From the NCBI GenBank assembly GCA_020697715.1, contig JAEHCO010000001.1, positions 810,149-874,148 on the forward strand: DNA of 64,000 nucleotides. The letters are read 5' to 3'. Below are positions 31,422 to 41,022 of this stretch, piece by piece. Positions within the stretch are counted from its first letter, which is position 1, and the number at the start of each line of letters is the position of its first letter. A program made the translations under genes and the position numbers. The stretch is from Methanobacteriota archaeon. GTDB taxonomy: Archaea; Thermoplasmatota; Thermoplasmata; SG8-5; JAGLSY01. Below the pieces are notes generated by a model. The model was not told the DNA's origin. It searched no databases and worked only from the letters and a program-made list of their open reading frames with translations.

Positions 31422-31500
31422 TTGGCAAGACTGGAAGAAAGTGTTATTATCCTTCCACTTCTCTCGACTCTTTCTCCATTCTAGTCTTGCCAACTTATTT
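31422..31500 (+). ncRNA. Candidate small structured RNA 2
   Basis: 15-bp closing stem with one G-U pair that forms only on the plus strand; inner hairpin; 3' bulge ACTCTTTCTCCA. Confidence 0.45.
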
Positions 31501-31524
31501 TGTATAATTGGTAATCCATGATAG

Positions 31525-34500
31525 CTAACTTTGTTTATAAACCTTCTTGATATTCTTGGCCAGCCTTTCACTGATGCCCTTGACCTTGACCAATTCAGCC
31601 TCGGATGCCTTCTCCAGATCCTTGAAAGTCGTAAATCCCGCATCATGAACTGCCTCGGCCTTTGAGAATCCAACTCCTGGCACGCCCACAAGGGCATTGA
31701 CGAACTCCTTCTTCACTTCTTCCGGAGTATTGGCCTTTGGTTTTTCTTTCTTGTCATGTTTGACATCCAGTATGTCTTCCAATTCCTCGATGACCGCTTC
31801 TTCTTTCTCTTCCTCAGTGAACTTGGTCCCGCATTTGTCGCAGAACTTGTCATCTATATTGCCAATTGCGTCACAAGCTGGACATCGGAATTGTTCTCCC
31901 GCGATCATGTCATCCTCTATTTCTTCCGCGACCTCTATTTCCGTTCTGTCCAACTCTGGCTCGGGAGCCTTATCAGGTTCGACCTGCGATCCCAATCGTC
32001 TTACAGTGGCATCCCGATTCTTGATCGCATCCCTGAATCCAGGGTCTATGCCGAGTGCTCTTTCAAAGCACTCGAGGGCGAAAGTGTGCTCATCCATCCT
32101 TGAGAGCGCGATACCCTTATTGTTCCATGCTTCCGGATGTTCAGGGTCGAGAGTTATAGCTTTATCCAGGATCCTTATCGCTTTGTCCAGATCATCATCA
32201 CTGATCAGAACGAATCCTTTATTTGAAAGTAATAATGGAGTCTCATTTATGTTCAATGCCATGTCCAGGCAGGATATAGCTTCTTTGAACCTATCCATCT
32301 CGTACAATGCGGCAGCTTTGTCCGCCCATGCAATGTCATTATCTTGATCGATATCTATGGCCCTATCGAAGTACTTGATAGATCCTTCTGGGTTGCCAGA
32401 CGCGAGGATCGCATTTCCTTTATTGCACCAGGCCTCGGAGAAATCTGGATCTATCTGTATGGCTCTATCAAAGCACAGGATGGAGTCATCATGCTTTCCG
32501 ATGCTGAGCAAAGCAATACCTTCCGCGTTCCACACCTCGGATGATCCTGGCTCGATCTCGATCGCTCTGTCAAAGCTCTCGATGGCCTTCAGGGTGTCAC
32601 CGAGGCTCATGTGGATATTCGCTCTTTCTATCCACAATGCGGGCTCTTCCTTTTCTAGTTCTGTAAGCACATCATTGGCTCTCAGAGCATCTTCGAATTC
32701 CCCAATCTCGATCAATGATGTTGCTCGATTCATCATGGCTGAAATGTTATCTGGCTCCTTCTTCAGGACCTTGTCATAATATTCAATGGCATCATCGAAC
32801 CTTCCCATCAGATAAAGCAAATTAGCTTTCTCCAGTATTGATGATGCACGCTCCTCCAATTCGATGGTTGTGTTCAGGCAATCCAGTGCCTCATCGTACT
32901 TCATCATCCTTATCAGCATTTTTGATTTCTCGAAAAGAATGGAATATTCTCTGATCTCCTCTTCCAGAGCCAGATCTTCCTCCACCTGTTCAAGCTCTGG
33001 TGGATCTCCAACTGGAAGTTCCGATTCTGGTAATGGTACGGCATCCTCAACTCCATGGCCGCATTTGGCACAGAAAGCCGCCGCATCTGTAAGAGGTGCA
33101 TCGCATGCGGAGCAGTTTGGATCTGATCCAAGTCCTATGAGGTCGGCAAAGTCATTTGTCAATGATTCCTCTGTGATCGCCGGCTTTTTGCTTGCAGCCT
33201 TTTTAGCTGCAAGTTTTGATTCTTCTGCTTCCCTGGCCTCTCTTTCCTCAGCTTCCTTGAGAAGAAGTTTCTCTTCGAGTTCCTTTGCCTTTTCTTCCTC
33301 TTCGATAAGGCGGAGGCGCTCTTCTTCCGCCTCTCTTTCTCTTCTTTCTTCCAATTCCAAAAGACGGGATTCATCCATTTCTTTCAAAGCTTCCTCTGCC
33401 TTCTTCTTCTCCTCTATGGCCAGGTCCCAATATGGTTTAAGAAGAAGTGAATTGTCAAAAGCATCAATGGCCCTTCTTGGATCTTCCATCGCCATCAGCG
33501 CGATGCCCTTTTGATAGTAAACCTCGGGACTTTTCTCAAGCCCCAGTACCTTGTCATAACATGAGATGCAATGCTCATACTGCTCCATATCATGCAGTAG
33601 CAGTCCCTTATTTAGCCAGGCCTCTTTGTAATCATCCTTTTTCGCCGTGGCCTTGTCAAAGGATTCCAGTGCATTTCCGTAATCCTTGAGGTATTTGAGT
33701 GCCACGCCTTTGTTATTAAGCACATTGATATTGTCTGGCTCAAGGAGCAATACTTTGTCATAGCACAGCACCGCTTCCTCATGCTTGCCCTGCTCATGCA
33801 GTGTCGCGCCTTTATTGTTCCAGGCTTTGGTGAAATTCTTGTTTATCTTCAATGCCTGGTCATAGCACTGGATCTCATCTTCATATCTTTGTAGTTCGTA
33901 ATAGATAGCTCCAAGATTATACCATGATTCCTCACTATCTGGATTGACCTCAAGAGCCTTTTTGAAACATTCGGCGGCTTCTTCCATTCTTTTCATGGAC
34001 TTCAAAACACTGCCTTTCATGATCCAAGCCAGGTCATAGTTCGGCTTCATTTTCAAAGCATTATCGTAGTATTCGATAGCTTTCTTGAAATTACCTGAAT
34101 TGAAAAAGTCATTGCCCCATCTCATCTGGTTCTCCAGCTCGTCAATGCTGGGTAGGAACCTCTCTCCATCTTGTTCAAGCACTTTCTTCGAGTCCTGCTT
34201 CTTGAGATCATCATCAAGTTCCAGCTCTTTCAGGAGCAGACCGAATTTGTCCCCATCCGCGAGATTCACACCAAGAAGATCAGCATACTTCCTCGCATCC
34301 TTGGAGAGCTTGGTCGTGGATATGAAGATCGCTCTGACATCGACACCTCCTCTCTTCCTGCCGACCATCTTCTGGATGTCCTCGGGTCCAGCATCTGAAT
34401 GGCCCCGTTTTACTTTGATCACAAAGGGCTCTGAGTTTCCTTCAACTTCTCTCAGTGCTTCTATCTCCACATCATCGGCTCTCATGCGAGAACTGGTTAT

Positions 34501-34596
34501 CTTGAAGTCCATCTTCTCCAGTAGTTTATTGGATAGTATCCGGAACTCCTCTGGACCGAGGTCATTGACTATGTTCATGAGATATTCCTGACCCAT
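31525..34596 (-). CDS. Mrr-like (degenerate restriction endonuclease fold) + TPR + Zn ribbons + C-terminal HhH protein
   Basis: N-terminal PEEFR...FVIKVKR...FISTT...DGDKF; TPR blocks; CSAC/CAKC and CPAC/CDKC; VPGVG...VKGIS; ATG 34596 after GGAGGGAGG. Confidence 0.8.
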   Translation of the reverse strand: MGQEYLMNIVNDLGPEEFRILSNKLLEKMDFKITSSRMRADDVEIEALREVEGNSEPFVIKVKRGHSDAGPEDIQKMVGRKRGGVDVRAIFISTTKLSKDARKYADLLGVNLADGDKFGLLLKELELDDDLKKQDSKKVLEQDGERFLPSIDELENQMRWGNDFFNSGNFKKAIEYYDNALKMKPNYDLAWIMKGSVLKSMKRMEEAAECFKKALEVNPDSEESWYNLGAIYYELQRYEDEIQCYDQALKINKNFTKAWNNKGATLHEQGKHEEAVLCYDKVLLLEPDNINVLNNKGVALKYLKDYGNALESFDKATAKKDDYKEAWLNKGLLLHDMEQYEHCISCYDKVLGLEKSPEVYYQKGIALMAMEDPRRAIDAFDNSLLLKPYWDLAIEEKKKAEEALKEMDESRLLELEERREREAEEERLRLIEEEEKAKELEEKLLLKEAEEREAREAEESKLAAKKAASKKPAITEESLTNDFADLIGLGSDPNCSACDAPLTDAAAFCAKCGHGVEDAVPLPESELPVGDPPELEQVEEDLALEEEIREYSILFEKSKMLIRMMKYDEALDCLNTTIELEERASSILEKANLLYLMGRFDDAIEYYDKVLKKEPDNISAMMNRATSLIEIGEFEDALRANDVLTELEKEEPALWIERANIHMSLGDTLKAIESFDRAIEIEPGSSEVWNAEGIALLSIGKHDDSILCFDRAIQIDPDFSEAWCNKGNAILASGNPEGSIKYFDRAIDIDQDNDIAWADKAAALYEMDRFKEAISCLDMALNINETPLLLSNKGFVLISDDDLDKAIRILDKAITLDPEHPEAWNNKGIALSRMDEHTFALECFERALGIDPGFRDAIKNRDATVRRLGSQVEPDKAPEPELDRTEIEVAEEIEDDMIAGEQFRCPACDAIGNIDDKFCDKCGTKFTEEEKEEAVIEELEDILDVKHDKKEKPKANTPEEVKKEFVNALVGVPGVGFSKAEAVHDAGFTTFKDLEKASEAELVKVKGISERLAKNIKKVYKQS

Positions 34597-34598
34597 GT

Positions 34599-37500
34599 TC
34601 AGCCTCCCTCCCTCAACCTTTTTGTACTTCTCTTCTTCCATGATCCAGCCTCTTCATGTTCGGGGTCCAATTCCAGGACCTTATCAAAGCTAATGATGGC
34701 CTGTTTATACTTTTCGGCCTCGTGCATGGTGACCCCTCTAGCCAACCAATTCTTTGGATTGTCCTTCCCCATCTTCACAGAGTAATCCATCGATCTTATG
34801 GCATCATCGTATTTGCCGATGTCCTTCTGTGCGACTCCCAGCAATCTCCATAGATAATCATTCTCTGGGTTTAATTTCAAAGCTTCTCTGTAAAGATTGA
34901 TGGCCTCATTATATCCACCATTCTTGTACATAAGACGTCCTTTTCCTATCAGGGCATCGCTATTCTCACCATCGACCTCTATGGCGAGATCATAAGCCTC
35001 TCGGGATTCATCGATCTTTCCCTGGCTTCGATGAACATCTCCTTTCAGAGTGAGTGCCCGACTATCATTCGGATATATTCTCAATGCGCTGTCCAGAGCT
35101 TGAATAGCTCCACCCCACTTGCCCTTCCTTAGCATTATATCCGCCTTGCCGATCAAAGCATCCGCATTGGTTGGAGCGAATTTGAGCAGTCCTTTATAGA
35201 TATTCTCTGCTTCATCCACCTTGTCCTTTTCCAATAGCATGTTCGCCTTCTTTATCCAGGCGTATTCATATTCTTCATCAAGGCTTATGGCCCTGTCATA
35301 GAATTGTAAAGCCCCGCCCCATCTTCCTTTCTGATGGAGAACATCTGCTTTTTTGGCCCATGCTTCTGGTTCATCTGGGTCTATATCAGATGCTTTCTCA
35401 TAGCATTTGTAGGCCTCGTCATATCTTTCGAGCCCTGCAAATCCATCTCCTATGCCCAGCCAGGCATCCATATTGTTCACATCTACCTCGATAATACCAT
35501 TGAAGCACACGATAGCGTCTTCGTACATCTCATTCTCAAGGTCGATGGTTCCCAGTAGGAATCGTGCATCAATGTGATCCTTATCAAGCTCTGTGGCTTT
35601 TTTCAATGACGCGACAGCTTCATCAAATTCTTCAATATCGTAGAGTCCTCTTCCTTTCTGGTACAAGGCCTCTATATTATCCTCATCTGACTCAAGGACC
35701 CTGTCCAACATCCTGAGTCCTTGTTTCTCGCGACCCATGTCTATCAATAATACTGCCTTGCCGGTCTGGAATTGAAGATTATCAGGGTTCAGATTGATAC
35801 CCGTATCGTAGCAAAGAAGGGCTCCCTCTTCATCCCCTTCTTCTATGAGCTCTTCAGCCCTTTCCAGAAGAGCCTCCTCATCATTGGATGGATCATGATC
35901 TTCGAGATCCTCATCCTCATCCTCATGATCGTCCTCCTCATCCAGTTCTTCATCCTCAACTTCCTCTTCAGGATCATCATCTTCCTCATCCGGCTCATCA
36001 TGGATAACTATGTCCTCTCCTTCAAGGACAAGCATATCTTCTGGATTCAGCATATCGACGATGTCCGCCTCTGTCTGCAGCTCTTCGATATCTGCGGCTT
36101 CTTCGATGATGGGAATGTCATCCACTTCTTTGCTTGGAGTTTCGGTATCTGATTTCGGCCCGCCCATTTTACCAAAGATATCATCGACATCCTGGAACCC
36201 TGCTTCGACATCAACGGTTCCTAACTCCGCCTCGACATCGATGGAGCCCTCATCTTCTTCCACATCTGTGTCAAGTGCATCTGTAAGGTCAGCGATACCC
36301 GATTTTTCTATCTCATCCACGGTATCTTCAATTTCATCATCTTCATGATCATCATCCTCATGATCATCCTCTTCAACCTCATCCTCAAAAGCCTCTTCTA
36401 TATCGGAGACCAGGTCTTCCTCAACAGGAAGCTCTGGCTCTGGCTGTGACTCTGGCTCTGTGGCTTCATCAATATCGGCCATGAGCTCGTCTTCCAGGGA
36501 TAGTTGATCATCAATGACATCGGCATCATCTTCATGATCTATATCATCTTCAATGACCTCATCAATTTCTTCCTCTATCGATGGCTCTGGAGTTATATCA
36601 TCATCAATTATTTCTTCGATCGGGGTCTCAAGTTCTGCTGGCATCTCAGTTTCTGCCGGCAATTCCACTGGATCTTCTTCCTTTATCTCAGATACTGGTT
36701 CCTCTGGTAGGGTCACACTTTCCGGGTGAAGTGGCAGTGGCTTCTTCTCCATCCGCCTGATGAATTTCGGTCTCGATGTGATGGTTTTGGCCAGATCATA
36801 ACATTCAACAGCCTCGTCTATGCTTCCGAGCTTGGTGAGTGCGTCACCCTTTCCTATCAGTGCCTCTGGGTGATTCTCATCCAGCTTGAGTGAAAAGTCA
36901 TAGCACATTATGGCTTCTTTATATTTGCCGATGGATAGCAGTGCGTCGCCCTTGTGCTTCCAGATGCCAGCTTCTTTCGGGGATAATAATAATGCTCTAT
37001 CAAAGCTCCTCAATGCATCCTCTTCTTCTCCAATATGAAGGTGAGCGGTTCCCTTGACATTCCAGATGATCCCATCTTCCGGATCCATGTCAAGGTATTC
37101 CTTGCTGGCTTCAATAGCCTCCTGAAACCTCTCTATAGAATAAAGGATTATAATGTGATTTCTCCTTGCTGGCATATATCCATCATCTTCCACCAAAGCT
37201 CTTTCATATTGCTTCAGAGCATAATCCGCACACCTGCTTTTGATCATCTTCGCATCCTTGTCATCAAATGCGATATTATCCTTCACCGCATTGACATTGA
37301 GCCAGGATACATTTCCTATCATGGTCTCCGCCCTTGCGCCAAGATCAAGCTCCGTGTATTTCTCATGAAGATCGTGAGCCATATCCTTCAGTCTATTTCC
37401 TATGTCTACCGCTTCCTTCGTGATAAGTATGCTCTCATCTGGCTCTATCTGGACCGGGATGCCAAGATGTTGGAGAAGACGCTTTATCTTCGATACTTGT

Positions 37501-37769
37501 TTTTCTATATCCTTCTCCTTCTCAATATTATTCTGGATCTTGTCAACATCATCTTCCAGGGATGCCAGTGATCCAAAGGACATGGCTTGGGTCGATGATG
37601 GTCCGATAATAATGGTCAAGGAGCCCATTTTTCTGGCTCTTGTGAGTGGACTTTCTCCTATCAATGAATATCCCGTGATAAGGGCCGGAGAATTATCTAG
37701 GCCTTGCTTCGTGCATGTGCCACATATCAGCCCACCACGGATCAGCTCTCCACAACCTATACAGTCCAA
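34599..37769 (-). CDS. Large TPR protein with N-terminal CxxC pair and long acidic linker
   Basis: CIGC/CGTC, two TPR blocks separated by about 280 D/E-rich residues. Confidence 0.82.
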   Translation of the reverse strand: MDCIGCGELIRGGLICGTCTKQGLDNSPALITGYSLIGESPLTRARKMGSLTIIIGPSSTQAMSFGSLASLEDDVDKIQNNIEKEKDIEKQVSKIKRLLQHLGIPVQIEPDESILITKEAVDIGNRLKDMAHDLHEKYTELDLGARAETMIGNVSWLNVNAVKDNIAFDDKDAKMIKSRCADYALKQYERALVEDDGYMPARRNHIIILYSIERFQEAIEASKEYLDMDPEDGIIWNVKGTAHLHIGEEEDALRSFDRALLLSPKEAGIWKHKGDALLSIGKYKEAIMCYDFSLKLDENHPEALIGKGDALTKLGSIDEAVECYDLAKTITSRPKFIRRMEKKPLPLHPESVTLPEEPVSEIKEEDPVELPAETEMPAELETPIEEIIDDDITPEPSIEEEIDEVIEDDIDHEDDADVIDDQLSLEDELMADIDEATEPESQPEPELPVEEDLVSDIEEAFEDEVEEDDHEDDDHEDDEIEDTVDEIEKSGIADLTDALDTDVEEDEGSIDVEAELGTVDVEAGFQDVDDIFGKMGGPKSDTETPSKEVDDIPIIEEAADIEELQTEADIVDMLNPEDMLVLEGEDIVIHDEPDEEDDDPEEEVEDEELDEEDDHEDEDEDLEDHDPSNDEEALLERAEELIEEGDEEGALLCYDTGINLNPDNLQFQTGKAVLLIDMGREKQGLRMLDRVLESDEDNIEALYQKGRGLYDIEEFDEAVASLKKATELDKDHIDARFLLGTIDLENEMYEDAIVCFNGIIEVDVNNMDAWLGIGDGFAGLERYDEAYKCYEKASDIDPDEPEAWAKKADVLHQKGRWGGALQFYDRAISLDEEYEYAWIKKANMLLEKDKVDEAENIYKGLLKFAPTNADALIGKADIMLRKGKWGGAIQALDSALRIYPNDSRALTLKGDVHRSQGKIDESREAYDLAIEVDGENSDALIGKGRLMYKNGGYNEAINLYREALKLNPENDYLWRLLGVAQKDIGKYDDAIRSMDYSVKMGKDNPKNWLARGVTMHEAEKYKQAIISFDKVLELDPEHEEAGSWKKRSTKRLREGG

Positions 37770-37919
37770 TAATTCACCACATAGTCAATATACTGTTTAG
37801 GATAAAAAGCTTATTAATATATTATATTAGTGCTTATAATACTATATTTATGGTTAAAATTGTTATAATAATGCATGATTCGATGTTTTAATATCAATAT
37901 AAATCTCAAATGCTCAAGC

Positions 37920-38855
37920 TCAAAGACCGATGATCGCAGTAACTCTAACCTCTTTCATCGCCACACTGTCGTCAAGGAAAACGATGGTGGGTATATCATG
38001 GCCATGATCTGACAATGAGGCAAATCTATTCGTGAACTCGGTTGCCCAGGCCTCGTTTATGCCGAACCCTTTGGCAAGGAATATGGCGCATTTCGGATCC
38101 AGTACCTTGAGAGATAGCCAGTCTGACTTGTGCAATTCATCATTTAAGACAAATATGGGATCATCCCCTCGCCATTCAGCAACATCCATTCTAAAGATGT
38201 GGCTGATCTTGAATGTCTTTTTCAATTCTTTCAAACATCCTCTGTCCAGATCATTTAATTCCATGATAGGTGTGGCCACTACTTTGTTCATCACCTTGAA
38301 GGCCTTCATTAGCGGGAGATTGGGCACTTCTTTCAGAATTTGGTCGTTCTTGAAGACCACCGCACTGCCCCATTTTCTCAAAGCCTCTAATTGCTTTGTG
38401 GATATGTGACGTTTCTGAATGCCTTCCGCATTCAGGGGTGTGGTGATCAGAGCCAGAGGTGTTGCTTTGGACATTCTGGCGGATTTAGAGACCAGGGAAG
38501 CCAACCACCCTCCATTACTTCCGCCAAGACCAGCTATGGGGAATACGAGATCATAACCCTTTAGAAGATAACTTAGTTGAGCTTCAGCATCATTGTCTGC
38601 GTAATGTGAGTCTTTGGCCAGTGCTGAAGATGCCGCATCCTTGGAATTGATGATCATCTCTTCATCAGCTCCTGTACTGGATATCTTTCTTCTATCGGAG
38701 GCAATAGCTATTTTCTTCACGCCATGAGGGAGGTCAATACTGCGGAGGGCATTGCAACCCATGCCACCACATCCGACAACAGCTATTTTGAGAGGGCTAT
38801 GGCCCGCGCTAGAGCTCGTACTCTTTCTGAAAATCATGGTCCCATCCACGGTCAT
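37920..38855 (-). CDS. Divergent FtsZ/tubulin-family protein
   Basis: VVGCGGMGCNA; GLGGSNGG in place of GGGTGTG; TTPLNAEG; NDQI...AFKVMN. Confidence 0.75.
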   Translation of the reverse strand: MTVDGTMIFRKSTSSSAGHSPLKIAVVGCGGMGCNALRSIDLPHGVKKIAIASDRRKISSTGADEEMIINSKDAASSALAKDSHYADNDAEAQLSYLLKGYDLVFPIAGLGGSNGGWLASLVSKSARMSKATPLALITTPLNAEGIQKRHISTKQLEALRKWGSAVVFKNDQILKEVPNLPLMKAFKVMNKVVATPIMELNDLDRGCLKELKKTFKISHIFRMDVAEWRGDDPIFVLNDELHKSDWLSLKVLDPKCAIFLAKGFGINEAWATEFTNRFASLSDHGHDIPTIVFLDDSVAMKEVRVTAIIGL

Positions 38856-38956
38856 CCGCTCAGAATTGGGCTCACACCCTAAAAACCTATTGGAAGTCTA
38901 TTGCGGCGAAAAGTGGATATGCAACTGTAAGTTATCCACTTCAGAAGTTGAATATT

Positions 38957-39892
38957 ATGGACATGTACCTTGTAGGAGCTTCAGCCGCGGTGTTCACCTC
39001 CGCACTATGGACCATAAATGCAATTCTATTCACTTCTGCTGGCAAGCGGATCGGAGCCATCAGTGTCAATGCCTGGCGGATCCTCTTCGCAGTTATTCTT
39101 CTATGGGTGACCCAGATACTTGTTTTCGGCAAGTTCTTTCCAGATGCGACAGGTGAGCAATGGTTCTGGATCGGACTGAGTGGAATAATAGGGCTGGGTG
39201 TGGGTGATTTCGGGCTTTTCGCTTCTTTTGTCATCATCGGCACCCGAAGATCGGTCCTGATGATGTCCCTGTCAGCCATATTCGCATCAATTGCCGCTTT
39301 CTTCCTCTTTGATGAGACATTGCAGATCGTGGCCGTCGTCGGTATCGCGGTCACATTGACTGGTGTCGTCATGGTGCTTCTGGAAGATGAGACCAAATCA
39401 GATGAGAGAAAATTGTCCAAGAAGGAAAAGACCTGGGGCATATCACTGGCCCTTGTCGGAGCTATTGGACAAGGGCTTGGATTGGCCTTTCTGAAGAAGG
39501 GAATGCTCCTATATCCTGAGGCTGATGGGCTTACAGAAGCTATGTCATTGGCTATCACTTCCACTTTGATCCGGATGATACTGGGCGCGATCTTCGTGTG
39601 GGTGGTCGTCACCATCTGGGGCAAGCTACCGGAGATCAAGGAAGCTCTCAAGGACAAGAAAGGGATGAAATATGTCACTGCTGGATCCTTCATCGGCCCC
39701 TTTATCGGTGTCACGCTCTCAACCCTGGCCGCCTACCTTGTGGAGGTCGGCGTTGCCCAGACCCTCCTTTCCCTGATGCCGGTCTTCATCATCCCAGTTG
39801 TCTGGCTCCTTTTCAAACAGAGGACCAGCTGGCGGGGCGTGGTGGGAGCTTTCATCGCGGTGGCTGGCGTGGCTATATTGTTCTTATTGTGA
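38957..39892 (+). CDS. DMT/EamA family transporter
   Basis: About 10 TM helices in two repeats; LSGIIGLGVGD. Confidence 0.88.
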   Translation: MDMYLVGASAAVFTSALWTINAILFTSAGKRIGAISVNAWRILFAVILLWVTQILVFGKFFPDATGEQWFWIGLSGIIGLGVGDFGLFASFVIIGTRRSVLMMSLSAIFASIAAFFLFDETLQIVAVVGIAVTLTGVVMVLLEDETKSDERKLSKKEKTWGISLALVGAIGQGLGLAFLKKGMLLYPEADGLTEAMSLAITSTLIRMILGAIFVWVVVTIWGKLPEIKEALKDKKGMKYVTAGSFIGPFIGVTLSTLAAYLVEVGVAQTLLSLMPVFIIPVVWLLFKQRTSWRGVVGAFIAVAGVAILFLL

Positions 39893-40020
39893 GCTATGGA
39901 TATCACCAATTCAATTCATTCCCATACCCAAGTTCGTCAATTGTCTTTGCACCTTTAATTAACCTAATATACCATTAGGAAATTCAGGGTATCGTATTAG
40001 CTAAACATCAAGGTGATAAC

Positions 40021-40959
40021 ATGTCAACTGGCAGTGGTTTCGGAAAGGCAATATTGTTCGGCGAACATTTCGTCGTGTATGGGAAAGCGTCGATAGCTTC
40101 AGGAATATCAAAGAAGACAACGGTGACACTTGTCGAAGGAAAAGAGCCTGGCTTCAAAATAATCGACAAGAGACCGGCGGCTGATGGCTATATCGAGAAG
40201 TACGCGGAAGCTCAGCGCGAGTCTGTCGAGCTCATGAACAAAGCGGTCTGGCATCTGGATTTTGATGCCAATCCGGTCGAGGTCACCATCGGAGGCGACC
40301 TTTACTGCGCCTCCGGTGTAGGTGCTTCAGCGGCCAGTTGCGTCGCAATGGCCAGGGCTGTTTCCGAGCATTTCAATCTCAATTTGAATGATGAGCAGAT
40401 AAACCTCTGCGGCCTGGAAGGCGACAAGGCCTATGCCGGCACACCCAGTGGCATTGACAATACCTGCTCCACCTATGGCGGTCTTATTTTCTTCAGAAAG
40501 AACCTGGATGGCGGCTCCAATCAGATGGATCAGATAACTCTCGGCAAACCATTGAACATCCTCCTGGTATCAACAGGTGTGACGACCAAGACAAAGCAAG
40601 CTGTCGATGGCGTTCGGGAAAGAAAGGAGAAGGATCCAGAATATTACGAGCCTATCTTTGACCAGGCTGAGGAACTGGTCATCCTGGCAAAGGATGCTCT
40701 TGCACAAGGTAATTTGATAAAAGTGGGCCAGCTTATGGATCAGAATCACACTCTCCTGCAGGAAATTCGAGTATCACATCCAAAGCTTGATCATCTGGTC
40801 GATCTCACAAGGGAGAATGGAGCCCTTGGCGCGAAGATGACTGGTGGTGGCATGGGTGGATACATGATCGCGCTCTTTGCGGATGAGGAAACACAAGAAC
40901 TGGCTGCCCGAGTCTGTGAATCTGAAGGGTTCAAGGTCATCAGGGCGAGAATTGGATGA
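40021..40959 (+). CDS. mvk: Mevalonate kinase
   Basis: GKAILFGEHFVVYG, SGVGASAA, PSGID, GAKMTGGGMGG. Confidence 0.92.
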   Translation: MSTGSGFGKAILFGEHFVVYGKASIASGISKKTTVTLVEGKEPGFKIIDKRPAADGYIEKYAEAQRESVELMNKAVWHLDFDANPVEVTIGGDLYCASGVGASAASCVAMARAVSEHFNLNLNDEQINLCGLEGDKAYAGTPSGIDNTCSTYGGLIFFRKNLDGGSNQMDQITLGKPLNILLVSTGVTTKTKQAVDGVRERKEKDPEYYEPIFDQAEELVILAKDALAQGNLIKVGQLMDQNHTLLQEIRVSHPKLDHLVDLTRENGALGAKMTGGGMGGYMIALFADEETQELAARVCESEGFKVIRARIG

Positions 40960-41022
40960 TCATCCCACCCGAATAGTTATAAACTAATTTTTCATTACTA
41001 TATCCCATAAGGGAGTGTGTGA

